DNA from: Octopus bimaculoides
Taxonomy: Eukaryota
Direction: 5' to 3'
NCBI RefSeq assembly: GCF_001194135.2
Contig: NC_069007.1
Span: forward strand, 2,660,876-2,706,974
DNA length: 46,099 bases
Shown: piece after piece, positions 24,071-38,137 of the stretch
Layout of the letters: each line of letters begins with the position of its first letter
How positions within the stretch are numbered: position 1 is the first letter of the stretch
Notes under the pieces: model-generated
Told to the model about the DNA's origin: nothing
What the model saw: only the letters and a program-made list of their open reading frames with translations
The model's database searches: none
Made by a program: the position numbers and the translations under genes

Positions 24071-24799
24071 AAGATATTAATGTAAATTTATTAATATAAT
24101 ATGTATATATACATATATATATAGAGAGAGAGAGAGAAAGAGGGGGGGGAGGAATATCAATGGTACAATATAAATATTGAAGTATTTTATTTAACATATA
24201 AACCAATTTAATGTATATATACGCCTTTGTACATTTGCACATACACTTATAATCATAGATACCTATAAAGAATATATATATATGTGAATATATATATATG
24301 TATATATATATGTGTGTGTGTGTTTATTTGTGTGTGTACACTGCAATATTACATTTAAATATATTTTTTCTGAGAAAATCCTAATAAACATACAGCTACG
24401 CATTAATAATTTTTCTTTATAGATAAGTACATATATATACATATATATATATGTATATATATATATATGTATATATATACGTGTGTGTATATAATCTTGT
24501 GCGTGCCTTTTTGTGTCTATGTGTATGTACGTGAGTGTGTGTGTGTGTTTGTGCGTGTTTGTGGATGTATGGCGTATTTATTGTATCGCTTGTTTCACTA
24601 GCTGCCGTTCCTCTACAACTTTATTACAGTGTACACACAACCTTAACAATCTGTATGTATGGAAACGTAATAAATTCACGTTTAACATTATTAAATAGAA
24701 GAGAGAGAATGAAATCAAGTCATACATAATAAGCCGGAAACAGTCTGACTTTCCATCCGTTTAGAAGCAAATATTTATGAAGGAACTCGGCTCTGTTAA

Positions 24800-24980
24800 T
24801 TGCTTTTGCTTCTATTTCTCTCTGTGCCCCTACCTCTTCTGACCTCCCTCTCTTATCTCACTCTCTCTGCTCCTCACTGTTTCGCTCTCCCGTCTATCTC
24901 CTCCTCTTTTGTTACCGTTTCTCTCTCTCTTTCTTTCTTCAACATTTCATGTCACTCTATATTTCAATATGGCGATATTT

Positions 24981-25020
<40 letters not shown>

Positions 25021-25185
25021 AGAGAGAGAGAGATGTAGATATAGATATATGTATATATACACACACACATACATACGTATTTTTTATAAGTTTATATTTT
25101 TTTTGCTCTTTTCTCTTTTCTTGCATTCAGTTTTTCTCTATCTCTCTTTATCATCTCTGTTTGGCTCTTTCATTCTATCTTTATT

Positions 25186-25216
<31 letters not shown>

Positions 25217-25800
25217 GTCTATCTATCTATCTCTCTCCTCTTTCTCTCTCTCTCCACATCATTCTCTTTTTAACCCTCTCTCGTTCTTCCACCTCTGTCT
25301 TTCGTCTCGTCACCATTTGTCAACTTGTCCTTTTTTGCTTCTGTAGACTGCTTTGTCTTTCTTTTCTATCTCTCATTCTCTTTTTTCTTACTACCTATCT
25401 TTCTCCCTCTCTCCCACATCTCTCTCTCTCTCTCTGTAACACTCTTTCTTCCATTTTTTTCTGTCGTCTGCTCTTTCTGTCGTCTGCTCATTCTTTGTGA
25501 AACTTACTCTCTAAAATGTCACACACATCAGCATCTCGCTCTCTTACCTGTCTTCCTTTCTATAACATGTCATCTCTCTTACTCCAATTAAACTATACCG
25601 AATCCCCTCTCACTGTCTCACTCTCCATCCTTCTCAGTAGTTCACACTTATTTCTTTCTCTCTCTTTCACTCCCTCTCTCTCTCTCTCCCTCTAATTCTC
25701 AATTTCTATTTTTCTCTTAACAACTTGTCTCTCTCACCTCCGTCTATGTCTCCAGTCTCTAAAATTATTTTTATCTCTGCCTCTCATATTCATGGCAGAA
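24800..25800. repeat. ~1 kb CT-rich low-complexity (polypyrimidine) region
   Basis: Strong C/T skew on the + strand with embedded (CT)n and (TA)n tracts. Confidence 0.85.
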
Positions 25801-26206
25801 GCTCACTTTTATATTCTTAACTCATTCACTGTTTGCAAAGAGTCAGTTAGTGATTAAACTCTCCTCTCTCTTTTCACTTCTCTCTTTCTTTCTTCGGTGC
25901 AAGTTTGTACATCCCCTTGTTCTGACCATTATATACGAAGGCTCATACATGCATACGCTCATAAGTACATACGCTCGTACGTACATACATACATACATAC
26001 ATACCAGTAACTGTACGTGGTGTGTGTATGCACACATATATATATATATATATATTTATATAATTGTATCTCGGGAGAGTCATGATACGGATAATGTATA
26101 TAAACTATAAATAAGATCTATAATCTATATTTATCTATTTGTCTATCTATCGATGTATTTACCTATTTCTCACTCTTATCCCTCTGTATACATACGTGTA
26201 CATATA

Positions 26207-26253
<47 letters not shown>

Positions 26254-26719
26254 AAATATATGTATATATTTATATATATGCAAATATATAATATGTGTGT
26301 GAATATGTAGACACACATACACACATGACCATACAAACACTGATGAAATCGTGTTGTTCACTTGAGCAAACAAGACAAACTTGAAAAGAACAGAACAGTA
26401 CAGTACGAGTTTCCAACGAAATAAAGGATGAAACTTGTTTTTTTTTTTTTGTGTTTCTTTTAATTGTAGATGAATATAATGAAAAAAATAAAACTATATT
26501 ACTTACAAAAGATCTTTCGTTTCACCTAATGAATCGCCGGGTTAATATGAAAAGAGGACAAAATTTCCAATTTACAGATGCCTGCAATATTCGGAAATGG
26601 CTTTCACTTTACTCATTAACCGGATTATGCATTAGATGAGAGGATAACTCGTTTGTAATTAATAGAGTATAGCAGTTTCTGTTAATACAAATATCAATGC
26701 TTGTAAGCATATATATATA

Positions 26720-26797
<78 letters not shown>

Positions 26798-27366
26798 TAA
26801 TATTCATATATATTTATATATATACAAACACATACAATATTCATATATATATATACATATATATATTTGTATATGTGGATATATACAAATAGTGTCGATA
26901 TCATATATATATATATATATATATTCATATTTGTATATATGCATATGTATATAGACAGATAGATACGTGTATGTATATTTATATATATAAATATATATGT
27001 ATATATATATATACGCAGGCAAACACATATGCATATAGTTAAAAAGTAAAGGTGTTAACAACACGAAGGTATGTTTAAAGAGTGTTTTATATTTGTTACA
27101 TTGAGTGAGTTTTAAAAATATTACCGGTTTCGATGTGTATGTTGATCTTATCAAACATTACAAGTTGAAAGTCAAAAATTGTAGAGCAAGAAAAAAAATA
27201 GGAAATTAAAAACGGTTTCCTTTCATGAGTTGTGCATAGTTAAAAACACATGGTCTTAATTGTTCAGGAGGGGTTTTTTGTCTTTTTTTTTGCATGATGT
27301 AACAGTTTTGTTTATCAATAAAGAACACGTCTGAAACAGCTGTAGTGAAATTCACGCCATAGTTGT

Positions 27367-27404
<38 letters not shown>

Positions 27405-28039
27405 TACACTGCGTACGAAAGCACTTAAAATATACGCATCTTACCAGTTTACACACACATACACACACGCACGTGTATGTGTATGTATTGATGTGAATGT
27501 GTGTTAATTTGCATACACCTTTTCACGCTGACGTCATCTTGTCATATTTAACGCATGTATGTGAATATATTTTACAATATATTTGTCTGTGTGTGAGACT
27601 ATGCTATGTCTCATTATAGAAGTATTTATATAAATATATATGTGTGTAATGTACACCTATTGAGAATCCTTAGCTAAGATATGAAATGTCGGTGACAACA
27701 AGTCTTTAAGTACACACAGTATGGTATTTCTCTTCCTGCAAATATTGAAGCTCTTCACTGGCAACATATAATACACTTATCAATTATGTTTTTTATATAA
27801 ATATTGAAATATAAATCCCTCGGCAATAATATCGTAGACAAACATAACACATGCTCATTCCGTCACCAACATAAACAATAATAACAGAAACAATAATAAT
27901 GGTGGTGGTGATGAGTAGAAGGAAGAGAGAGGAGGACGGAGAAGAGGGATAATTATTAATGATGTCGTCGTCAACGATAATGTTGATGATGACGACGACA
28001 ACGACGAACGTACAGGTGATGGTGATGATGGTGGTGGTT

Positions 28040-28532
28040 TAGAATTTTCGCACAAGGCCAGCAGCTCTAGTGTCGGAATTAAGTCGATTACGTCAACCGT
28101 AGTGCTCAAGTTGTGTTTATTTTATCGACCTCCAAAGGAACTCAGACGGACTAAACGTCGCTAAGCATTTTCACCGACCATTTAACCATTTGGTCAGGTC
28201 GCTACCTTCATGCAACTGTGCTTTTCTTTATTTATGTTTATTTCGCAGATGTATTTCATGATTTAATTTCGTTTCTGTCACGTGCACCGAATGTTATATA
28301 TATTCATGTGGAGCATTATTAATTTTTCTCTATTCTTTTTTCTTTAAGTTCCACCAAAATTGACTCAATTTATAGTACAGGGCAGGAATTTTATGGGTGG
28401 AGCCCGTACATTACATCATTGCAGTACATGACTGTTACATTATTTTATCAATCCAAAAGGATAAATAGCAAAGTCGAAATACCGCTAAGTATTTTATCCG
28501 ACGGGTTAATAGTTCAGCCAGCTCACCATCGT
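28040..28532 (-). mobile_element. Two degenerate SINE family A copies (28040-28208, 28370-28532)
   Basis: Reverse-complement matches, e.g. gcacaaggcc..aagtcgattac..gctaagcatttt and aaagtcgaaataccgctaagtatttt..gccagctcacc. Confidence 0.65.
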
Positions 28533-28938
28533 AGGATGTTAAAATAATACACCATTGGGCCAGGATACAAACACGCGCGTGCACGCGTGTGTACGTGTGT
28601 GTGTGTGTCCTGTCAGCATCGATGTACCATGAGCGAAGAACGGAGTAATCAATATATATAACTTATGTTTATTTAATCTGAAAATCTAAATAGCGCTTCA
28701 AGTTTCACCATGATGCGATCTTCAGGCGAACACTGTTATATCTCCACATTACAACATCTCTTCCTTTATATCTGCTAGTGTGTACATGCTCCAGTGTTTA
28801 GATTAATTTGGCTTTTTCGTTTGTTGGTTGAAGGTTTCTGGCAGTTTGATATTTCCTGTGAATATAATAGCTCTGGGCTTGTGTTAACATTCAGTCAATA
28901 GACTGTCATAAAGAAGCGCAATCCTGAATTGTTTAATC

Positions 28939-28975
<37 letters not shown>

Positions 28976-29706
28976 CTACAATTATTTAATAGGTGGAAGC
29001 TATTTAGTTTTGTTTGCCGGAAACGTTGGTACCGGCTAAAACGTGAACAACGCTCTCAAACCGAAACAAATTTAAGACTGGCAATGCGAACACTAAGCCC
29101 CCCCCCTCCACACACACACACACACACACACATACAATATGCATGAATAGAAACAAACAAAACGATAGAAACAAACCAGAAAACAAACAACCATTCAAAC
29201 ACGCTCACGGACATAACCACCTGACCAAGATGCCGCGTAGGAACTCCGTAGCTAACACTCTCGTAGAGTTGGATATTCCGCAGAAGCAGATCCAAGCCCA
29301 CGCATGACATATGTATTATATATATATATACATACATGTGTGTATGTATATATGCATGCATGTTCATAGATACATATGTATATAATTCATATATGAACAT
29401 ATACATGAGATTTTATATTTTTATAGATATGTATGTACATGTTTGTATGGATTTCTGTGTGTCTATGTATGTGTATTTGTTTGTGTGTGTGTGCGTGTAT
29501 ACGCTTTATGTATGCAATTATGTGTGCCTACATATATATATATCCAAACATACGTGCAGATATGGTTGAGAAGATCAATTTAATACTTGTTATTGAAGCG
29601 AGCGTTTATAGAGCTTCGCAAACAAAATTGCAATTTATAGATATATACACATATGCATGCATCTCTATTGAGAGAAAGACACACACAGAGACAGACAGTC
29701 AGACAA

Positions 29707-29761
<55 letters not shown>

Positions 29762-29929
29762 TAGTCATGGCGGTGTGATAGTAAACAAGCTATTTTTTTG
29801 CCCGCTAAAAGTGAAATGTCTATTGATTTTGAAACCTTTTATAGACATACCTATTTATTTTGTTTTAATTTTTCATCTTTTAGGGTGTTTTTTTTCTATT
29901 ATGGCTGTTTTTTCTTAGCCTCTACCTGA

Positions 29930-29934
29930 GATAA

Positions 29935-29969
<35 letters not shown>

Positions 29970-30232
29970 TAAGTATATATGTATATATAAAAGTATATAG
30001 ATATATGTATTTACACAAATATATATATATATAAGTATATAGATATGTATATATATATATTATATATAAGTATATAGATATGTATGTATATAAGTATATA
30101 GATATATATATATGTATATATATGTATGTATGTATATATATGCATATATATATACATACATATACATACACGTATATATATATATACATCCATAGATTTA
30201 GATAGATAGTTGTATACTTACATGATTATGTA

Positions 30233-30268
<36 letters not shown>

Positions 30269-30340
30269 AAACTATATATTTATATATATGTATGTATCTA
30301 TACATATGTATATTTATATGTATGTATACATAAATGTATG

Positions 30341-30379
<39 letters not shown>

Positions 30380-30380
30380 C
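29930..30380. repeat. Degenerate (TA)n region with higher-order unit tataagtatatagatat
   Basis: Unit seen about four times between ~29985 and 30105. Confidence 0.85.
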
Positions 30381-30785
30381 AGTCAAAACGAATGCGGGAG
30401 AGACGGAGAAAGAGACAGAGAGATGTATCGGTTGTCATTGGTTGTCATGGATTCTTTTATTTTTTTGTTCGTTTAATATTCTCATCAATATTTCCAGTGG
30501 AAAATATACAGTGATTTTTCAAAATATTTACTTTACAGAATGTAAGGAGAGGGGAAAAAAAAGTGTCATCCCCTCGAACACATAGAACAAGAATGTCGAG
30601 AAAAATACAACAGAGTCATTGAGTTTATATAATGCTTGTTCGGGTCCTAAACTCTAGAACTCACGTTGTATGGCGTCTGTATTAGTGTAGCTACAGAAAA
30701 TTCGATAACGATAAATTTAATATGCCTGGGATATCAATGAGTGCTTGCAAACGTCCATACGGGTGGATGTATCAGTTTGTATATA

Positions 30786-30836
<51 letters not shown>

Positions 30837-31154
30837 NNNNNNNNNNNNNNNNNNNNNNNNNNNNNNNNNNNNNNNNNNNNNNNNNNNNNNNNNNNNNNNN
30901 NNNNNNNNNNNNNNNNNNNNNNNNNNNNNNNNNNNNNNNNNNNNNNNNNNNNNNNNNNNNNNNNNNNNNNNNNNNNNNNNNNNNNNNNNNNNNNNNNNNN
31001 NNNNNNNNNNNNNNNNNNNNNNNNNNNNNNNNNNNNNNNNNAGTATATGCGTGGTTGTGTGAATGGGTGTAAAATAATCTATTTTATTTATCTGTTTTTG
31101 TTTTATTCTCTTTTATTTTATTTGCTACGATAGGCAATCTTTTTCTCTCTTTTG

Positions 31155-31345
31155 TATCTTTAACGTGTTTAACCACTTTCACTGCGGCCATGCTGCAGCA
31201 CCAGGCTGCCAAATTTATTTTAGCCAACGGATCGACATCAGGACTTACTTTTTAAAGGTGGGTGCTTGTTCAATAAATCTCTTATGCAGAACCGCTGAGT
31301 TACTGGGATATAAACACACCAGCACCGGTTGTCGAGCGATGGACA
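31155..31345 (-). mobile_element. SINE family B 3' half
   Basis: tttcactgcggccatgctgcagcacc..gaaccgctgagttactgggatataaacacaccagcaccggttgtcgagcg. Confidence 0.7.
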
Positions 31346-31354
31346 CACACAAGC

Positions 31355-31392
<38 letters not shown>

Positions 31393-31444
31393 ATAATAAT
31401 AGCAATGATAATAATAATAATAACCAATGGTAATATATATTAAT

Positions 31445-31738
31445 CTCTTTGTCTGTCCTTGTCTGTCCTTGTTTGTCCTCTCTGTGTGTAACCCCTTTTG
31501 GGCAATAAAGAAATAAGAAACCTTAGCACACCGGGCGAAATGCTTAGCGGTATTTCGTCTACCGTTACGTTCTGAGTTCAAATTCCGCCGAGGTCGACTT
31601 TGCCTTTCATTCTTTCGGGGTCGATAAATTAAGTACCAGTTACGCTCTGGGTTCGATATAATCGACTTAATCCGTTTGTCTGTCCTTGTTTGTCCCCTCT
31701 GTGTGTAGCCCCTTGTGAGCAATAAAGAAATAAGAAAC
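31445..31738 (+). mobile_element. SINE family A head-to-tail multimer (tailB-body-tailB)
   Basis: gcaataaagaaataagaaac at 31502-31521 and 31719-31738 (217-bp period) brackets a family A body. Confidence 0.9.
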
Positions 31739-32282
31739 TACCAGCTAGAACTGTTAATCTGCCACACAGCAGGATCGAACACGGGCCTGTATAACCGTAA
31801 ATTTCAACAAACCCCAACCAAGACACAGATGATTGCTAAATTCACTTGACAACCACAAACACAAACATGACTTTATCTATGGTTGAAGGAAGAAAGATTA
31901 TTGCTTTCCAACTATTATAGAACAGTGTAATACGATTAATTAACTTCGTAAAGGGAGATTTGCATTAATGACCTTACTAGATTGTGATAATTCTATTAGT
32001 AAGTATCTTTGTATTCGGCTTGCAGAGCAGAGATGTCCTATAATGGCTATTAACTTGACACAAGTTTCACATTACCCTTTCAGTTGACGGCTGTAAATCT
32101 AACGCCGCATGCAACCTTACCAGCGAAGCATTACGGCATTATTGCTTGGTCGTGACCCAGGGAAGGAGAGAGGGATTGCATATGCGTCGGTGTGTGCATG
32201 ACTCGTACGTCTCGGTGCGTTTGTGTGTGGGATTGTATGTACGCACACATACACAATGTATGCATACACACACACATGTATG

Positions 32283-32314
<32 letters not shown>

Positions 32315-32434
32315 AATGTATGTGTGCAACTATGTCTCCACGAATACACACACACACACATATATATATACACACACACATATATACATATACATATATA
32401 TATATATACATATGCATATACATGTGTGTGTGTG

Positions 32435-32468
<34 letters not shown>

Positions 32469-33035
32469 CCAACAGACAGACAGATTAATGTACGATTGTG
32501 TATACAAACGGAAAATGATAGTCATTATATAATGTAGAGCGTCTATATTTTATTGCAACCTGGCGCTTCTTGAATCGTAACTACGGTTTGTGTCTCTGAT
32601 TGGTCAAACTATAGACTACAGCAACCGACAGAAGGTTTGTGTAATGAATACAAGGAGAGGCAACTCCTAATACAGCTTAATCTCTCTCACTCATTCACTC
32701 TGTCTCATCCCTCTCTCACGGTCTACACACACACACACACACATATATATGTAGAATACAGTAACAATGAATAAAGAGACTAGTACATGTGTATAATTTG
32801 GTTTGTTATTTTTAGAGTCGTTTTACAGCATGTTTGATTTGAATTTGTCTGCCGCCCGTTTCTGCCGCATAGACATCCTGTTGTTGCATTTGGAAGTAAC
32901 CGGATGCAAATTCATCTGCAGCTGTGTGAAGGTCACGTTCACCCACACGTGAAACACTGAGAAACTAGAAAGAGGAGGAGAAGAAAAAGAAAAAGAACAA
33001 AAAGAAGAAAAAGGAGAAGAAATAGAAGAAAAATT

Positions 33036-33230
33036 TCTACGATAGACACGAGAGCCTCAAATTTTGTGGGAGTGGGTCAGTCATTTATTTCTATCCTCCA
33101 GTGCTCAACTGGTATTTTAATTCATTGACCCCCTAAAGGATGAAAGGGGAAGTCGACTTCGGCGGAATTTGAACTGACAACGTTAAGACGGGGGAAATGG
33201 CGCCCAGCATTTCACCAGCGGTTCTGCCAG
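33036..33230 (-). mobile_element. SINE family A copy
   Basis: aaggatgaaaggggaagtcgacttcggcggaatttgaactgacaacg. Confidence 0.8.
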
Positions 33231-33898
33231 TAGTAATAATAACAATAATAATAATAGCAATAATGCTAATAACAATAATAATAATTATGATGATTTTTAC
33301 AAATAATAATAATAATAATAATAATAGCATAGATAAATTGTTCGATGTTATCGATTATGTGTCTTCGTAATCATTATTTGTGGTCGTGTTTCCCCTCTGT
33401 TAAAGATCAATATATGTAGGAACGCGTTCGCAACATTATTTCATTTGGCTCTTCGACGAAGGTTTTTGTCACCCTTAGCCTACCATAGCAATGAGAGAGA
33501 GAGAGAGCGAAAGAGAGAAAGGTGGGGGGAACAAAATGACGACTTTGAAATTTTCGCTAACCAAACAAACATTTCTCTAAAGGGAAATGTTTTTTTGCAA
33601 AACAACATCGACAATTTTCGTTACTAGAACCACTGTTTACAGAGAATGGATTAACCAATTTTCATTTATCTTTGAAGCAGGTTTTGTTAGTTCATTGATC
33701 AGTTTTGTAATTAAAAGCAAATTATTTCGAAAAATCTAATTAAAGTCTGTTTTTTCCTTTATCATTATTTTATTGTATTTTTACTCGGATTATTATTATT
33801 ATCATTATTATTTATGGTATTTTTATTAGCAATGGTGTTAGTATCGTTTTGTTTAGTTAATGCGCGGTAGCTGAAAACAATTTTTGTTTAATTCACAT

Positions 33899-33940
<42 letters not shown>

Positions 33941-35224
33941 AGTTGTCTTTCAAATACGATATCGATCTGGTTTTTTATCATCGCGATGGCTCCAAGTCAG
34001 TGTTGTATAAAGGGAATTCTATCGTCGTATGAATGTCCTTAACATGTAGCTAGTTCAACAGAAGACCGATGAAAGAACATCCACGTAGACATTGTTGCTG
34101 TTGCTGTTGTATAATTCCAGCTCAGGCTTCGATGAGAAGACCTATTACCAAAGACTATCCATCCATGACCATCTCGCCTTTTTGCTATATGCATGGCATC
34201 GTGGATCACGTTATCCAGTATGTCCTATTTATAACAATGGATATCATACACGTAAAACTTGTAAATATATTTTTGTATATACACTAAAAAGGGTTTGGCT
34301 TCTGTTTCTACAACCTTTGCTAAATCCAGAGTTTCTAATGTTCGATCCAGTTCTAGAATGAGGTCTGCTTTTCTGGTTTTGTTTTTTGATTCATTGTTTT
34401 TTTTTCTGTGCTAAGTCATGTAAAAGGGAAATACCCCTAAGCCATTGCAAGCCCTAGGGATATTTCAGGTGAATACCGTTAATGTTTTGCTCTATGCTGC
34501 TGCACGAAAACACTTGCAGGAAAAATATGACGGATAGATAGATAGATTTAGAGAGAGAAAGAAAGAGATAGATAGATAGATAGATTTAGAGACAGAAAGA
34601 AAGAGATAGATAGATAGATAGATACATACATACATAAATACACACGCAGAGAGAGAGAGAGAGAGAGAGAGATAGATGGATAGATACATACATACATACA
34701 TACATACACAGGCAGAGAGAGAGAGAGAGAGAGGGGGAAATAGTGAGATAGTGGTCTTTAAGTATATATAGAGGGGGAGAGAGAGACATGGACAAACAGC
34801 CACTTCTATGTTGCTATAATAATGTTCACAGCTATGCAGTTTAAAAATCTCATCTCTCCGTGAAAATTTTCAACAAAATCGGAAGGTTTTAGGAAAAGGT
34901 AAATTTAGTCGCTTATTATATTGGATACAAACCCAAGAATTATTTTTAAAATCAGGATTGGGAAATCTCTTTATCAGATCGACACAATTTATAGGAAAAT
35001 GTCATACAATGATGGAAGCCTATGCTCTTAGCACTTCAACAGGTATTGCACAAAATAGTACTGACGAGAAAAACAATTCATTTAAAGTAATTCTCTAAGT
35101 TAGTCTTTCATTTTGACAAAAATAATAGTATTGTCAGAAAATATTGGTACGAATAGGTATGGTTGTGCGATAAGAAGATTGCTTGTGTGTTGGGAGGATA
35201 TACATATATACATCTACATGTGTA

Positions 35225-35440
35225 TATAGTTGTGTCTGTGTTTGCCTCCGACCACATCTTGGCAACCGTTGTTAGTGTATTTGCATCCCCGTAAGTTAGC
35301 CACTTGGCGAAAGACAGCGATAGCATAAATTCCAGGTTATAACAAAAAGTACTGGGGCTTTTCTTTTGACTACGAACTCTTCAAGGCGCTGCTGCAACAT
35401 GGTTACAGTCTATCGCCTGAAACAAGTAAAATACAAAAAT
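35225..35440 (+). mobile_element. SINE family B 3' half
   Basis: ggcaaccgttgttagtgtatttgcatccccgtaagttag..ggcgctgctgcaacatggttacagtc..tgaaacaagtaaaa. Confidence 0.7.
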
Positions 35441-36409
35441 AGATAAAAGAGAAAACATTTATTTTAATTGTATAATCGTCTACTTTCCGCGTGTCCTCTG
35501 GGTACGCAACAAATAAACAAATATCGTTAAGTGCTGTGTGGGGGGGGGACCAGCATGCCAAAGAATAGATTCAACGTATTGTCCGCGTGCCCCAAAATGC
35601 GACTGAAGGAATTAAGGTAAGTTTTGCGCTCCAGCCTCGTAAAACGCTCAACAGCTAAAAACAACGTAAAACGTCCAACACCCAAAGACACCCAGGTTCT
35701 CGCAAAGCTGCCATATGCCAGAAGTAAGGAGTCAAGTAGCGTTGTATCATTTAAGTCCTAAATGATGCAACCGTTGCTTGGACGCAAAATTACCAGTTGA
35801 AAATATTTTCAGCAACGTTCTAAAGCAAAGTTTTCAAAATATACTGAGTTCCTCTGGCTGTATTTATTTTGGGTATAAGTAAAGCTAGACAATGCCGGAT
35901 ACTGCAGCGAGTGAGTACCAAATACGATTATCGTTCATCAGGCTGGCACAATACCAGAAATTAATAGCGAATATCATAAAGTGCTTGACCGAATTGACGC
36001 CCAGTAATTGTTTGATAGTTATTTTGTCGGAGTCCTGAGGCATGAAATTATTAATGGCCGGAGGTAAACAATGAAAGAAGTTGGATATAATTAAACACCG
36101 CTGTCCCAATCAGTACGGCAATCTCAATTAGTACGAAAGCGAAAATTCTGAGGGTACTTTCAATTATTATCTCGGTGGTTCTCAACTAATATCAATATGG
36201 CCCTCGGAAGTCCATATAACATTTTGTTGTTAAAATTGACGCTACAAATTGGTTATATCTCTACAACAAAAACAACTGATTTGGTATTTTTTTGATAACT
36301 TTTACACAATTCCTAATTAAACTTTACATATATATAGAGAGAGAGCCTGGAACCTACGTTAGAAACCGGCTCTTTCTCTATTGACATCAACTATTGAAAA
36401 CAAACTAAA

Positions 36410-36587
36410 TAACGACTTCCATACGACCGGCTACCTTCCGTTTCTGTCTAACAAATCCACTCACACGGCTTCGATCAGCTCGGTGTATTGTAGTAGACAT
36501 TAACCTTAGTTTGCTACGCAGTGGGCCTGAACACGGAATCATGCGCTTGGGAAGCAATTTTCTTACCACAGGATCACGCCTGCGCAC
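36410..36587 (-). mobile_element. SINE family B 5' half
   Basis: acgaccggctaccttccgtttc..aaatccactcac..cgcagtgggcctgaacacggaatc..cttaccacag..cgcctgcgc. Confidence 0.75.
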
Positions 36588-36869
36588 ATTATACAAAACT
36601 ATTTATACAACATTCATAGCCTAGCTGAAGTGTTATCTTATTAATGAAAGACAAGGAACCGGAAGTCCATCCATAGCTTAATAGGTGACAGTAATAAATT
36701 ACATTACCGGATCAAGGAAATTAGGTTATTAATATTATATTATCGTGTTGTGTACTAAATTAATGTTATCACGTGGGTACGAGTGTTCTGTGCGGGTGTA
36801 TATGTGTGTGTGTATGTGCATGTTTAAACAATATGAAGAGGGAAACTGGTTGTGCTTCGAGAACAATCT

Positions 36870-37090
36870 TTCATCTTTTAGCTGTTCCTGGCTTTGGATT
36901 GCGGCCATGCTGCAGCACCGGCTTCAAGAGTTTCATCGAAGAAATCGTCACCAGTAATAAGTTACTTAAACATGAGACTTGTTTCATCGGTACCTTTATA
37001 CCGAACCGCAAAGTCATGGGGACGCAAACAAAGCAGTGCCGTTTGTGAAGCGGTGGTGGGGAGCAAACCCAAACCCGAACACAAAGGCTC
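36870..37090 (-). mobile_element. SINE family B 3' half
   Basis: tgcggccatgctgcagcaccg..gaaccgcaaagtcatggggacgcaaac. Confidence 0.7.
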
Positions 37091-37429
37091 ACACATACAA
37101 ACATAAATATGTACATACATACATACATATATACATACACACGCAAACACACACATAAATATAGTCTGTGTGCATGCATTTGAATTGTAGTTTTAGATGT
37201 ATGTTTCTGTGCATATGTGTGTGTGTGTGTGTGTGTGTGTAGTTTCTTTTTTATTTCCCTCGTCCTTTCCTAAAATTTCATGTCTTTTGCTTTCAGGAGA
37301 AAGGATTTTTATTATCGTTTATGTATTTCTTTTGAAAGATTTCTGATGTGAAATTCTTCTCAGGCAGACATTGTCGAAGTAACACACTAGCCCTATCTCC
37401 TAAAATGTCATGCCTTGTTCCTACAGAAG

Positions 37430-37600
37430 AAAGGATTAGCTGACAGAATCGTTAGCACACCGGACAAAATGCTTAGTGGCATTTCGTCCGTCTGAGTTTC
37501 AAATTCCGCTGCGTTTAATCCTTTCCGGGTTGATTCAATAAGTACCAGTTGAGCACTTACATCTCCCACCTCTGAAATTGCTGGCCTTGTGCACATATTA
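37430..37600 (+). mobile_element. SINE family A copy (internally deleted)
   Basis: gacagaatcgttagcacaccggacaaaatgcttagtggcatttcgtc..aagtaccagttgagcac..ggccttgtgc. Confidence 0.75.
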
Positions 37601-38104
37601 TGAAACCATCGTTATTATTGTTGTTATTATTATTGTTGAGGTTGTTGTTATTGTTGTTCTTGTTCTTGTTACTTAATTAGTAAAACAATTTTGAAAACGT
37701 AAGAGTAATTGTTTTCGGTTGTATTAAAATAACGACGTTCTCCGTTGACGGATTCAGCAGATTATAGCTATTTGCACTGACATTATTTTTCCTAAACACC
37801 TTTCCTATAATACCAACTAATAGCAATTTCTTGTATTCAACCGCGTAATGGCAGCAGCAGGAGGAGGAGGAGTTTTATCGAAAAAACATATACACCCTAA
37901 CGGTATTGCCACCCGTTTATATCATTCTCCATCTATTTACCCGAATGCCTGTATGTATATATACATTCATATTTACACATATGTACATGCATACAAACAC
38001 ACACACACACATATATATATATTGTATACATATATAAACATGTGTATATATACATATATCTATCTATATATATTGTATACATATGTATAAATGTACATAC
38101 CTAC

Positions 38105-38137
<33 letters not shown>

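Noticed and set aside
29220-29310. Short frame MPRRNSVANTLVELDIPQKQIQAHA*
   Set aside because: 25 codons, no splice support and no recognisable homology.
34060-34360. Possible neuropeptide-like or other exon (e.g. minus-strand KRRDGHGWIVFG)
   Set aside because: No signal peptide, no consistent splice pair and no recognisable family in any frame.
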